A program made the translations under genes and the position numbers. The notes below the pieces were generated by a model. It searched no databases and was not told where the DNA came from. It worked only from the letters and a program-made list of their open reading frames with translations. Positions 27,636 to 37,048 of a stretch of 64,000 bases of DNA are shown piece after piece. This stretch comes from Myxococcota bacterium (GTDB lineage Bacteria > Myxococcota_A > UBA796 > CAJQPC01): the NCBI GenBank assembly GCA_036012755.1, contig DASCPX010000027.1, positions 303,510 through 367,509 of the forward strand, in the 5' to 3' direction. The number at the start of each line of letters is the position of its first letter. Position 1 is the first letter of the stretch.

Positions 27636-30137
27636 GTGGCGGTCGAGGTCCACAAGTTCGGAGGCACCAGCCTTGGGTCAGCCGAGCGCATGGTGCAGGC
27701 CGCGGGCCTGGTCCGGGCCTGCGACAGCTCCGTCGTGACCGTCGCCTCGGCGATGGGGGGCGTCACGGATCGGCTCGTCCACGCCGCGACGACCGCGGCC
27801 CGGGGCGCGAGGGGCCAGGCCCTGGAGGCGGTCGAGGCCCTGCTGGCGGTGCACCTGGAGGCCCTGCGCGAGCTCGGCGATCCGCCAGGTGTCGGCGAGC
27901 AGATCGAGGACATCGGCGCGGAGCTCGCGGAGCTCATCGGCGCGGTGAGCCGCCTCGCCGAGCTCACTCCCAGGGTCCGTGACCGTGTGCTGGCCTGCGG
28001 GGAGAAGCTCTCGGTGCGACTGCTCGCGGCCGCGATGCGCTCAGAGGGCGTCGACGCGCTGGCGGTGGACGCGGACACCTTCCTCGCCACGGACGGACGG
28101 CACGGAGAGGCCAGCCCGCTGTTGGTGGTCTACGAGCGCACGACCCGCGCCGCGCTCCAGCCACACCTGGACGCGGGTCGGGTGCCGGTGGTCACGGGCT
28201 TCTGCGGCCAGGCTCCCGACGGCGCCACGACGACCCTGGGCCGCGGAGGCTCGGACTACACGGCCACCCTGATCGCCGCCGCGCTCGGTGCTGACGAGGT
28301 CTCGATCTGGACCGACGTCGACGGGGTCTACAGCGCTGACCCGCGGGTGGTGCCCCGGGCCCGCATCGTGCCCCACCTCAACTACCGCGAGGCGGCCGAG
28401 CTCTCCTACTACGGCGCCAAGGTGCTCCACCAGCGCACGATGATCCCGGTGGCGCGAGCCGGCATCGCGCTCCGCACGCGCAACAGCTTCCGCCCGGAGG
28501 AGCCCGGCACGGTAGTGGACAGCCGCTTCACCCCAGGCTCGCACCCGGTCAAGGCCATCAGCGCCATCCGCGATCAGCAGCTCCTCAGCGTCGAGGGCAA
28601 GGGCATGGCAGGTGTCCCCGGGGTGGCCGCGCGTGCCTTCGGGGCCCTGGCCGAGCGGAACCTGAGCGTCACGATGATCAGCCAGTCGAGCTCCGAGTCC
28701 TCGATCTCCATGGCGGTGCCGGCGGTCCACGCCCTCGCGGCGGAGTCAGCGCTGAAGGCGGCCTTCAGGGACGAGCTGGGCCGCGGGGACGTCGAGGAGG
28801 TCGTCGTCGGGGACGAGGTCGGCCTGGTGGCGGCGGTCGGGCTGGGCATGGCCCACACACCTGGCGTCGCCGCGCGCCTCTTCGGAGCCCTGGGGGACGC
28901 CAAGGTCAACGTGCTGGCCATCGCCCAGGGCAGCTCGGAGCTCAACGTGTCGATCGCCGTGGACCACGGCGACGTCGACCGCGCCGTGCGCGTCCTCCAC
29001 GACGCCCTGGGCCTGCACCGCATCGACACCGGCGCCGAGTCGGCCGATGGCCTCGACCTGATCCTCCTCGGCCCGGGAGCCATCGGGCGCGCTGTCGTCG
29101 AGCAACTCCAGGCCCGCCGAGAGGGCATCGTCGCCCGCTTCGGTCTCAGCCCCCGGGTGGTGGCCGTGGCCGACACCTCGGGCTGGGTGCTCGAGCCAGC
29201 GGGGCTCTCGGACGAGCGCCTGGACTCGCTGCTGGCCGCCAAGACCCAGGGCACCCCCCTCGCCCGGTCCGGGGGGACCGCCGGCTCCGCGGATCAGCTG
29301 CTCGACGCCGCCTTGGAGCTCCGCCTCACCCGTCCGATCCTGGTCGACTGCACCGACGCCGCCTCGGCCCCCCTCTGGCTACGGGCCATGGGCGCGGGGT
29401 GCGATGTCGTCACCGCGAACAAGGTCCCGCTGGCGGGCTCCTTCGAGCTCCACACCCAGCTCCAGGAGACCGCCCGGACTCGGGGGCGGCTCTTGCGCTC
29501 AGAGGCCACCGTCGGAGCCGGGCTGCCCGTCATCGAGACCCTGGAGATGCTCCAGCACACGGGCGATGCCCTCACCCTGGCGGAGGGCTGTCTCTCTGGG
29601 ACCCTGGGCTTCCTGATGGCCAGGCTCCAGGCCGGGGACCGCCTCTCGGAGGCAGTGAAGACCGCGATCGAGCTCGGCTACACCGAGCCGGACCCGGTGA
29701 CGGACCTGAGCGGAGTCGACGTGGGCCGCAAGGCGCTGATCCTCGGTCGCCTGTCCGGGCTCCTGGGGGCTGACGCCGTCCTGGAGGTCGAGGGCCTGGT
29801 CGAGACCGCCTGGGCTGGACTGCCGATCCCGGAGCTGATGGAGCGCCTGTGCACCCTCGACGCGGGCCTCGCGGAGCGCTGCGACAGCGCCGCTGCCGCC
29901 GGCAAGGTCCTTCGCTACGTCGCGAGGGTGACCCGTGGCCGCGCTGTCGTCGGTCCGGCGGAGGTGGACCTGGACTCGCCGATCGGCCGCCTCTCGGGCA
30001 GCGACAACCTCGTGCTGTTCCGGTCCGAGCGCTACGCGGAGCGCCCGCTGGTGGTGATCGGTCCCGGCGCTGGCGTGGACGTCACGGCGATGGGCGTGCT
30101 CGGTGACGTCCTGCGTGTCGCCGCGGAGCGCAGCTGA
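27636..30137 (+). CDS. thrA: Bifunctional aspartate kinase / homoserine dehydrogenase
   Basis: HKFGGTS, TTLGRGGSDYTA, WTDVDG, ACT domains, TANK, EATVGAGLP, GYTEPDP, GPGAG; GTG 27636 with GAGGA RBS. Confidence 0.95.
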   Translation: MAVEVHKFGGTSLGSAERMVQAAGLVRACDSSVVTVASAMGGVTDRLVHAATTAARGARGQALEAVEALLAVHLEALRELGDPPGVGEQIEDIGAELAELIGAVSRLAELTPRVRDRVLACGEKLSVRLLAAAMRSEGVDALAVDADTFLATDGRHGEASPLLVVYERTTRAALQPHLDAGRVPVVTGFCGQAPDGATTTLGRGGSDYTATLIAAALGADEVSIWTDVDGVYSADPRVVPRARIVPHLNYREAAELSYYGAKVLHQRTMIPVARAGIALRTRNSFRPEEPGTVVDSRFTPGSHPVKAISAIRDQQLLSVEGKGMAGVPGVAARAFGALAERNLSVTMISQSSSESSISMAVPAVHALAAESALKAAFRDELGRGDVEEVVVGDEVGLVAAVGLGMAHTPGVAARLFGALGDAKVNVLAIAQGSSELNVSIAVDHGDVDRAVRVLHDALGLHRIDTGAESADGLDLILLGPGAIGRAVVEQLQARREGIVARFGLSPRVVAVADTSGWVLEPAGLSDERLDSLLAAKTQGTPLARSGGTAGSADQLLDAALELRLTRPILVDCTDAASAPLWLRAMGAGCDVVTANKVPLAGSFELHTQLQETARTRGRLLRSEATVGAGLPVIETLEMLQHTGDALTLAEGCLSGTLGFLMARLQAGDRLSEAVKTAIELGYTEPDPVTDLSGVDVGRKALILGRLSGLLGADAVLEVEGLVETAWAGLPIPELMERLCTLDAGLAERCDSAAAAGKVLRYVARVTRGRAVVGPAEVDLDSPIGRLSGSDNLVLFRSERYAERPLVVIGPGAGVDVTAMGVLGDVLRVAAERS

Positions 30138-31075
30138 TGCGCTGGGAGGTGAGCACCCAGGCGCCTGCGACGGTGGCCAACCTCGGGCCCGGCTTCGACG
30201 TGCTCGGCCTGGTCCTGGGCGGTCCCGGGGACATCGTGCAAGCCCGCCGGGCCCCGGGAACCGGTGTGCGACTCGTCGAGATCACCGGGGACGGGGGTCG
30301 CCTGCCTCGAGCGGCAGCGGACAACACCGCGGGGGTGGCTGCCCTGGAGACCCTGAAGGTCGCCGGCGTCGAGACGGGCGTGGAGCTGGCCTTGCACAAG
30401 CGCCTGCCGCTCTGCTCCGGGCTGGGCAGCAGCGCATCGAGCGCCGCCGCCGCTGCCTACGCGGTCAACCTGTTGATCGGGAGCCCCTTGCGCAAGGCGG
30501 AGCTGGTGGCTCCATGTGTCGAGGCCGAGGCCGCGGTCAGCGGTCGCCACGCCGACAACGTCGCGCCTGCGTTGCTCGGCGGGCTGGTCCTGGTCCGGGG
30601 CATCGATCCGGTGGAGCTCTTGCGCCTTCCGGTCCCGCCCGGCCTCACGCTGGTCGTGGTCACGCCGGAGTTCGAGCTGCCGACCCGGGAAGCACGCGCG
30701 GTGTTGCCGGCGGAGGTGACGCTGCAGACGATGGTGAAGCAGTCCGCCCGCCTCGCTTCGCTGGTCAGCGCGCTGCACACGGCCGACATGGCGCTCTTGG
30801 GCCGCTGCCTGGTCGACGAGGTCGTCACCCCCCGGCGCGCGGCCCTGGTCCCGGGGGCACCAGAGGCGATGGCCGCCGCGCTGGGCGCCGGCGCCCTCGG
30901 GAGCTCGCTCAGCGGCTCTGGGCCCTCGGTCTTCGCCCTCTGTCGCTCGCCCAGGAGCGCGGAGGTCGCCGCGACCGCGATGGGGAGGGCTTTCGAGACA
31001 GCCGGGCTGGCGAGCCAGCTGCGCATGTCCCCGGCAGACGGCCCGGGAGTCCGACGGGTCCGAGGTGTCTCATGA
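30137..31075 (+). CDS. thrB: Homoserine kinase
   Basis: PATVANLGPGFD, SGLGSSAS, HADNVAP, LSGSGPS. Confidence 0.95.
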   Translation: MRWEVSTQAPATVANLGPGFDVLGLVLGGPGDIVQARRAPGTGVRLVEITGDGGRLPRAAADNTAGVAALETLKVAGVETGVELALHKRLPLCSGLGSSASSAAAAAYAVNLLIGSPLRKAELVAPCVEAEAAVSGRHADNVAPALLGGLVLVRGIDPVELLRLPVPPGLTLVVVTPEFELPTREARAVLPAEVTLQTMVKQSARLASLVSALHTADMALLGRCLVDEVVTPRRAALVPGAPEAMAAALGAGALGSSLSGSGPSVFALCRSPRSAEVAATAMGRAFETAGLASQLRMSPADGPGVRRVRGVS

Positions 31076-32340
31076 AGCTCCGCTGTGTCCTCTGCGCGCA
31101 GATCCATCCCCCCAACGAGCCGCGCTATCGCTGCGACTGCGGCGCCACCCTGGACGTCGTGCACGATCTGGACGCGCTGCAGGGTGTCGACCTGCTCGGG
31201 CTCTGGGAGTCTCGCCGAGGCTCACCAGCGCGCCTCGATCGCTCCGGTGTGTGGCGCTACCGGGAGCTGATCGCGCCCGGACTCGAAGAGCACGTCGTCA
31301 CTCGCGGCGAGGGCAACACCTGGCTCTACGACAGCACCACGCTGGCGGAGCGGGTCGGCCTGGACCGCCTGCTGTTGAAGCACGAGGGCGAGAACCCGAC
31401 CGCCTCCTTCAAGGACCGCGGCATGACGGTGGCCATCACCGTGGCCCGCTGGCTGGGCATGGAGAGCGTGGCCTGCGCCTCGACGGGCAACACCTCTGCG
31501 TCGATGGCGGCCTACGCGGCGCTCACGGGCATGCCCTCGCTGGTCTTCGTGCCGGCGGGGAACATCGCCTACGGCAAGCTCTCCCAGGCCCTGGCCTACG
31601 GAGGACGCACGCTTCAGCTGGCTGGGGACTTCGACGACGCCATGGCGCTGGTGCAGCAGGCCTGCACGGAGCGGGACATCTACCTGGTCAACTCGGTGAA
31701 CCCCTTCCGCATCGAGGGCCAGAAGGCGATCGGCTTCGAGCTCCTGAGCGACCTCGGCTGGCAGGTCCCGGACTGGATCGTGCTGCCCGGTGGCAACCTC
31801 GGGAACAACACGGCCATCGCCAAGGGCCTGATCGAGCTCCACGAGCTCGGTCTCATCGAGCGGCTGCCTCGCATCGCCGTGATCCAGGCGGCCGGCGCGA
31901 ACCCCCTCTACACGGCCTGGACCACGGGGTCCGAGGTCGTCCCGGTCAAGGCGGACACACGGGCAACAGCCATCAAGATCGGCGCGCCGGTGTCCTGGCG
32001 GAAGAGCCTCCGCGGACTGTCCGCCTGCGACGGCGTGGTGACGCAAGTGGACGACCAGCAGATCCTCGACGCGAAGGCCTGGGTGGACGCCGCGGGCATC
32101 GGCGCCGAGCCCGCCTCCTGCGCGACCGTCGCGGGTGTGAAGCGCCTGGTCGACGAGGGGGTCATCCGCCGCGGGGAGATGGTGACAGGGGTGCTCACGG
32201 GCCACGTGCTGAAGGACCCGGAGATCGTGGTCCGCTACCACCTCTCGGAGCTCGAAGGCATCGAGTCGCACCACGCCAACGCGCCGATCGAGGTGGCCGC
32301 CACGCTGGAGGCGGTGCTCGCGGCGCTGGGTCTTGGCTAG
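31072..32340 (+). CDS. thrC: Threonine synthase
   Basis: 3' part of ORF 30103..32340: KHEGENPTASFKDRG, CASTGNT, NSVNPFRIEGQK, PGGNLGN. Confidence 0.95.
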   Translation: MKLRCVLCAQIHPPNEPRYRCDCGATLDVVHDLDALQGVDLLGLWESRRGSPARLDRSGVWRYRELIAPGLEEHVVTRGEGNTWLYDSTTLAERVGLDRLLLKHEGENPTASFKDRGMTVAITVARWLGMESVACASTGNTSASMAAYAALTGMPSLVFVPAGNIAYGKLSQALAYGGRTLQLAGDFDDAMALVQQACTERDIYLVNSVNPFRIEGQKAIGFELLSDLGWQVPDWIVLPGGNLGNNTAIAKGLIELHELGLIERLPRIAVIQAAGANPLYTAWTTGSEVVPVKADTRATAIKIGAPVSWRKSLRGLSACDGVVTQVDDQQILDAKAWVDAAGIGAEPASCATVAGVKRLVDEGVIRRGEMVTGVLTGHVLKDPEIVVRYHLSELEGIESHHANAPIEVAATLEAVLAALGLG

Positions 32341-32370
32341 TAGTCCACAAGGGATTAGGTACCGCGTCGC

Positions 32371-32443
32371 GCCGAGATAGCTCAGTTGGTAGAGCAGCTG
32401 ATTCGTAATCAGCAGGTCGTCGGTTCAAATCCGATTCTCGGCT
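32371..32443 (+). tRNA. tRNA-Thr (anticodon CGT)
   Basis: Acceptor stem GCCGAGA/TCTCGGC, D-arm AGCTCAGTTGGTAGAGC, anticodon arm GCTGA-TTCGTAA-TCAGC, T-loop GGTTCAAATCC; CCA not encoded (CCT follows). Confidence 0.97.
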
Positions 32444-32540
32444 CCTCAGACCCTGGCCTCGGCCGGGGTCTTCGCACTCAGCAGGTCGTCGGTCGTGCGC
32501 GACCCCGGCGGGTGCCGGCCTGTCCAAATCCGGTTTCCGG
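32402..32540 (+). repeat. 139-bp direct repeat, copy 1 (tRNA 3' half plus downstream; attL-like)
   Basis: Matches 34770-34908 with one mismatch (tccaaat vs tccgaat). Confidence 0.95.
32448..32471 (+). terminator. GC-rich hairpin downstream of the tRNA (putative terminator)
   Basis: AGACCCTGGC-CTCG-GCCGGGGTCT stem-loop; weak U tract. Confidence 0.5.
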
Positions 32541-32608
32541 TCGAGATCTTCACCCATTGGGTTAGCCTCCGTCGCCTCACTGATTGAGCCGAAGGGCATG
32601 GAGGTGTC

Positions 32609-33709
32609 ATGGTGCGAGTTGTCATGGTGGGTGGTGCTCTTCTCGTGTTGCCCTTCCTCTGCCTTGCGGGCTGTGGTCCCTCGGCAGAGGAGATCGCTCA
32701 GACCATCGATGAGCGCGTCGAGGCAAGGCTGGTCGAGGAGCGGCTGATCAAGAGCGAGGATGAGCGACAGGCCGAGGCCGCCGTCGAAGCTGCGAAACCC
32801 GAGTGGGAGAGGTCGATGGACTTCCTCGCCGATCTCGACGAGTTGATGGCGGGCTACAGCCCGACCTTGCCCGACGAAGTGGACAACACCGACGTGCTGC
32901 GATGCACCACAGACTACGAGCTCGGTGTGGACAACGAACTCAAGATCGGCGCGAGGTCACTCGTGAAGCAGGCCGAGGCCTCCGCCAGGGCCAGGGACAA
33001 GCAGCGAAAGGACTTCGAGAAGAACAAGTGGGTTCAGTATCGAGTCGACTACTCGTGGGAGTCCCGCAATGGGACGAGTCCGGTCGCGGGCTGTCGCTTC
33101 GAAACCTGGCAGCCATACTGCTGGCGTGGATGTGTGGGGCCGAACACCTGTGATGGTTCGCACGAATGCCACTACAAAGGCATGAAGGGATGCCGTGAGA
33201 TGTACGACAACGGCAAAGGGGACTTCGCCGATCAGTATGTCGTGAAGACGCGGTACTACGCGGAGGCAGATGCGCCTTCGTATCGCTACTCGGAGAACGG
33301 GATGAACCGCTACTCGCGGACAACGACCCCCGACAGGCCCGAGCTGATGAAGCGTATCGACTCTGAGCAGCTCGCCATACCCGAACGCTTCCACTGCAAG
33401 GTCGTCAACGCCCGAAAGGAAAAGGACCAGATGATGGTCCAGTGCAAGGGCGACGATCCGGTCCTGACGCATCTGCAGATTACCGGTGACCTGACGCAGA
33501 TGGTCCATCGTGGAGACCAGGTCAGCGTGCCGATCGGGACGGGGAAGGCCTCGCAGGCGGTGGATGGGACGATCACGAAAGACGAGATCCGCATCGGGCG
33601 GGTGGACTACCGAGTGTGGCTGATCCATGCGAATGGTGATGCGCTCGTGTTCGACGAGCTGGGCGAGTGCCCCACCCGCGAGGCCGTTCTGGAGGCCGCC
33701 TCGAAGTGA
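32609..33709 (+). CDS. Hypothetical Cys-rich lipoprotein (islet cargo)
   Basis: GGAGG RBS, LCLAGC lipobox, coiled-coil stretch then a Cys-rich segment. Confidence 0.8.
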   Translation: MVRVVMVGGALLVLPFLCLAGCGPSAEEIAQTIDERVEARLVEERLIKSEDERQAEAAVEAAKPEWERSMDFLADLDELMAGYSPTLPDEVDNTDVLRCTTDYELGVDNELKIGARSLVKQAEASARARDKQRKDFEKNKWVQYRVDYSWESRNGTSPVAGCRFETWQPYCWRGCVGPNTCDGSHECHYKGMKGCREMYDNGKGDFADQYVVKTRYYAEADAPSYRYSENGMNRYSRTTTPDRPELMKRIDSEQLAIPERFHCKVVNARKEKDQMMVQCKGDDPVLTHLQITGDLTQMVHRGDQVSVPIGTGKASQAVDGTITKDEIRIGRVDYRVWLIHANGDALVFDELGECPTREAVLEAASK

Positions 33710-33920
33710 CCGTCAGAGGGGCTCAGAGCATTCGATCCCGGTGACCGGCGCGGCCATCGCCACGATGGCCGATCCGCATGGCGGCTACGAACTCCGAGTT
33801 CTCGGGGAACATCACCGGGCTCCGCAGTGTCCACTCTGCAGGTCAGTACGAGGAAGACCATCCATCCGGGCTCGCCGTGTGGCGACCGGTATGGAGGTCA
33901 TCTACAGGACCAGGGCGCCA

Positions 33921-34529
33921 ATGAACCGACGTCGTTTCTTTGCTGGATTGCTCGCCACCGGCGCCTTCGCTGCATCAGGACCCGCCCGCGCCGGGGTCGA
34001 GTGCATGGACGGCTGGGGCACGCGCACGTGCACCGCGGGTATCGCGCGCTCGCTCATCGATCAGGCCGTGGTCGATGACGAGCAGCACGCCTCTCAGTGG
34101 TGCTGGGCCGCCTGCATCTCGATGATCTTCCAGTACTACGGCCACCCGGTCGACCAGGAGCGCATCGTCGAGGAGACCTTCGGCACGATCGTCGACATGC
34201 CGGGCGAGCCCGAAGACATCCTCCGCGCGCTGAACCGCAGGTGGAAGGACGACGACGGCGACAGCTTCCGGAGCAGCGGCGACCAGATGACCGCCAACCT
34301 GATGACGGCTGCCCAGGACCTCGCGGAGGACCAACCGCTGATCATCGGGGCCCTCGCACACGCCACGGTGCTCACTGCGATGACCTACACCGCCCACGTC
34401 TACGGCCACTTCCAGCACGACGCGCTGACTGTACGAGACCCCATGCCCGGCCGGAACCAAGGCCGACGCGTGCTCTCGGGGGCCGAGTTCTACAATATCC
34501 AGTTCCTGGCCCGTGTGCGGGTGCGGTAG
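33921..34529 (+). CDS. Tat-exported papain-like (C39-like) cysteine peptidase
   Basis: MNRRRFF Tat signal; Q-x4-WCWAAC catalytic Cys region, HATV His, VRDP Asp. Confidence 0.75.
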   Translation: MNRRRFFAGLLATGAFAASGPARAGVECMDGWGTRTCTAGIARSLIDQAVVDDEQHASQWCWAACISMIFQYYGHPVDQERIVEETFGTIVDMPGEPEDILRALNRRWKDDDGDSFRSSGDQMTANLMTAAQDLAEDQPLIIGALAHATVLTAMTYTAHVYGHFQHDALTVRDPMPGRNQGRRVLSGAEFYNIQFLARVRVR

Positions 34530-34596
34530 GCCGACGTCACTCGGGCTGGCGCCAGCCCAGCGTCGACAGCCCCAGATCGAAGCCGAGGTCCGAGCT
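34530..34596 (+). repeat. 67-bp direct repeat, copy 1 (duplicate of the 3' end of the lamin-tail gene)
   Basis: Identical to 35938-36004. Confidence 0.95.
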
Positions 34597-34621
34597 GGTG
34601 CCCACGGACCGCCAGCGAGCA

Positions 34622-34744
34622 GCTGTTTGCGGCCTGCGAGGCGGCCAGCAGTCACGGACCGCACAGGAATCTGGCTACTGCCAAGGACTCGTTGCAAACA
34701 GCGTTGCAAACAGCCGATTTGACCGCTGTGAACGGGCCAAACAG
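34622..34744. repeat. Clustered CAAACAG motifs (integrase arm-type-site-like)
   Basis: Tandem cgttgcaaacag x2 at 34690-34713, inverted gctgtttgc at 34622-34630, caaacag at 34738-34744. Confidence 0.6.
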
Positions 34745-34769
34745 GCCAACGCGCCGCCGTGCCCCCTGC

Positions 34770-34908
34770 TTCGTAATCAGCAGGTCGTCGGTTCAAATCC
34801 GATTCTCGGCTCCTCAGACCCTGGCCTCGGCCGGGGTCTTCGCACTCAGCAGGTCGTCGGTCGTGCGCGACCCCGGCGGGTGCCGGCCTGTCCGAATCCG
34901 GTTTCCGG
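34770..34908 (+). repeat. 139-bp direct repeat, copy 2 (truncated tRNA-Thr 3' half; attR-like)
   Basis: Starts at TTCGTAATCAG; lacks the tRNA 5' half. Confidence 0.95.
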
Positions 34909-35056
34909 CCGGCCCGAGGCCCCGGGGTGAGATCGCCCGCCCAGGAGAGCCATGGCGGCGAATAATCGACCGTCCAGTAGATTTAGCACTGCAATCGACC
35001 GTTCGGTAGATTATGCTCATCTGCCCCCCCACGCTCCCCCGAACAACGAGCCCGTC

Positions 35057-35713
35057 GTGAGCACACCTGCAGCCTCCATCCTCCTGGTCCTCGTCGGCCT
35101 CGCCTGCACCGACACGGCGACCCCCGTCGACAGCGCGGACCCCGACAGCGACGCCCCGGTCGAGACCGACGCGGACACCGACGCGGACTCCGACTCCGAC
35201 GCCGATGCCGACGCCGACGCTGACAGCGACGCCGACAGCGACACCGACAGCGACACCGACAGCGACGCCGACTCCGACGTCGGCTTCACGCCAGCCGCGG
35301 GCACCTGGATCGTCTCCTCCTCGGAGACGCTCGATGACGGCTGTGGGGTGTCGGAGCTGAGCGAAGACGGTGGGCCGGGCAGCACCATGGACCTCGCGTT
35401 GTCCGGAGGCGGTGGCTTCGTGATGACCTTCGAGAGTGGACAGGTGATGACCTGCGCCATCGACAGCGAAGGCGGCGACTACAGCTGCGGTCCGGACCAC
35501 TCGACCGACGAAACGGCCCAGGACATGGGCGTCGACTGCCTCCTCGAGCTCGAGATCACAGGCTCCGGCGCCTTCTCCGGGGCCGAGTCGGTGGTCGTCG
35601 AGTCACACGTCGACATGGACGGCAGCGGCGGGTCCTGCGCGCTCCTGGACTACGTCGGCATCACCCTGCCCTGCTCGATGGACACCCGCACCGAGCTCGA
35701 CTTCAGCTTCTGA
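35057..35713 (+). CDS. Hypothetical lipoprotein with (D-A/S/T)n linker
   Basis: GTG 35057, ILLVLVGLAC lipobox, about 40-aa Asp-alternating repeat. Confidence 0.75.
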   Translation: MSTPAASILLVLVGLACTDTATPVDSADPDSDAPVETDADTDADSDSDADADADADSDADSDTDSDTDSDADSDVGFTPAAGTWIVSSSETLDDGCGVSELSEDGGPGSTMDLALSGGGGFVMTFESGQVMTCAIDSEGGDYSCGPDHSTDETAQDMGVDCLLELEITGSGAFSGAESVVVESHVDMDGSGGSCALLDYVGITLPCSMDTRTELDFSF

Positions 35714-35937
35714 CTCGCGTCTCGACGATCACCGCCGTCCGTCCACGCGAAGTCGATCGCTACGAACCTTGGCGACCATCGGCCGGAGCAAGCCCACGCC
35801 GCTGGTGTGCAGCACTCTCTACGCCGGGCGAACAGCTGAGATCCACTCGACCAACTCGCGAGGCACGTTCTGGTAGAGGAGGACCGTCAGGTCAAGAGGC
35901 ACGCGGGATGACTCTCTCCTCGTCTACGACCATGCAC

Positions 35938-36004
35938 GCCGACGTCACTCGGGCTGGCGCCAGCCCAGCGTCGACAGCCCCAGATCGAAGCCGAGGTCCG
36001 AGCT
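35938..36004 (+). repeat. 67-bp direct repeat, copy 2
   Basis: Identical to 34530-34596; covers the stop and last about 19 codons of the minus-strand gene. Confidence 0.95.
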
Positions 36005-37048
36005 CGTGGCCGCGGCCTGGTGGACCTCGACCGCGATGACGTTCTCACCCTCGACCAGGGAGCCGTCTGGCAGGGAGTACGTCGAGATCGCAGACTCGGC
36101 CGCGTCATCGACCGCCTCCACCGCCCAGGTCAGGTGGCTGACTTCACCCTCTGGGAGGTTGACCCGCACAGCCTCCTCGCCGTTGACCCAGACCAGGGCG
36201 CCGTCGTCGACGTTCAGATCGATGCTCCCGCCCTCGACCTCGCCGAGCTCGACGAGGCGGCGGAAGTAGATGGTGGGGGTCCGGTCTCCCTCGGGGCCGC
36301 TGGCGACCGTCGTGGTCCGGGTGGGCTCGCCGAAGCCGAAGTCCCCCTCGCCAGTCGACCACTCCGAGGCGTCGTAGTCGGTCCCGCTCCAACCAAAGGG
36401 CGCCTCGCCGGCGTCCCACCAGCTCCATGTCGAGCCGAGCGGGAAGACCTCTGTCTCGACCAGGGTGTCGTTGGTCTCGCCGGGGGTGCCACGGAAGACG
36501 AAGTCCAGGCAGCCCTCGCCGCTGCAGCAGTCGGAGACCCGGGACACGCTGAAGTCCGACTCGACGTGGCCATAGTGGATGATCTGGCCTCGACCGTCCG
36601 GGTGCCAGATCGCTACGTCTCCACCGTCGGAGGAGAGAGCGAATGGCATGTGGTCGTCGCCGCTGTCCGTGAGCCCGTCGGCGTAGAGCAGCGTGAAGCC
36701 CCCCGCGGCCACGTAGACGTCCCCGAGCACGTGAGGGAGCTCCTCGTCGATGTCGTCGGAGATGGCCCAACCGCTCAGCGCGATGTACTCGTCGGTGGGG
36801 TTGTGCAGCTCGATCCAGTCCGGCGTGCTGCCGTCTTCGGCGATGAGCACGGACTCGTTGTCCGCCATGAACTCGTTGATGCACAGCGGCAAGGGCTCCG
36901 GCGGCGGGTCCGAGTCCACCGGCGTGGAGTCCACCGGCGTGGAGTCCACCGGCGCGCTGTCGGTGGAGTCCAGCGTCGCCGAGTCGGACCCCTCGATGGG
37001 CCGGAAGTTGTCGACCGGCGTCTCCGGAGGCGTACAAGCCAGGATCAG
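35945..37048 (-). CDS. Lamin-tail-domain lipoprotein (CotH partner-like) with C-terminal beta-sandwich
   Basis: CINEFMADN, DWIELHNP, ALSGW.ISDD, FALSSDG, VDDGA.VWVNG, AVEVHQ; DSTPV x3 tandem repeat at 36912-36954; start uncertain (probable CTG). Confidence 0.8.
   Translation of the reverse strand: MILACTPPETPVDNFRPIEGSDSATLDSTDSAPVDSTPVDSTPVDSDPPPEPLPLCINEFMADNESVLIAEDGSTPDWIELHNPTDEYIALSGWAISDDIDEELPHVLGDVYVAAGGFTLLYADGLTDSGDDHMPFALSSDGGDVAIWHPDGRGQIIHYGHVESDFSVSRVSDCCSGEGCLDFVFRGTPGETNDTLVETEVFPLGSTWSWWDAGEAPFGWSGTDYDASEWSTGEGDFGFGEPTRTTTVASGPEGDRTPTIYFRRLVELGEVEGGSIDLNVDDGALVWVNGEEAVRVNLPEGEVSHLTWAVEAVDDAAESAISTYSLPDGSLVEGENVIAVEVHQAAATSSDLGFDLGLSTLGWRQPE

Larger units (their letters stand above)
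32541..34769. mobile_element. Small integrase-less islet between tRNA-Thr-derived direct repeats
   Basis: Flanked by 139-bp repeats that start in the tRNA anticodon loop; cargo has visibly more A/T; no recombinase gene inside. Confidence 0.65.

Noticed and set aside
27600..27640. Thr attenuator or T-box upstream of thrA
   Set aside because: Only 11 bp of intergenic space; no leader peptide or terminator visible
34770..34812. Second tRNA-Thr gene
   Set aside because: Lacks the acceptor 5' strand and D-arm; it is an att-type partial duplication
35160..35280. CRISPR array or non-coding repeat array
   Set aside because: Hexamer repeats are in-frame coding (Asp-x); no repeat-spacer structure or cas genes anywhere in the window
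35714..35937. Possible small gene or ncRNA between cargo 2 and repeat X'
   Set aside because: Only short unrecognisable frames and no convincing structure; cannot support a call
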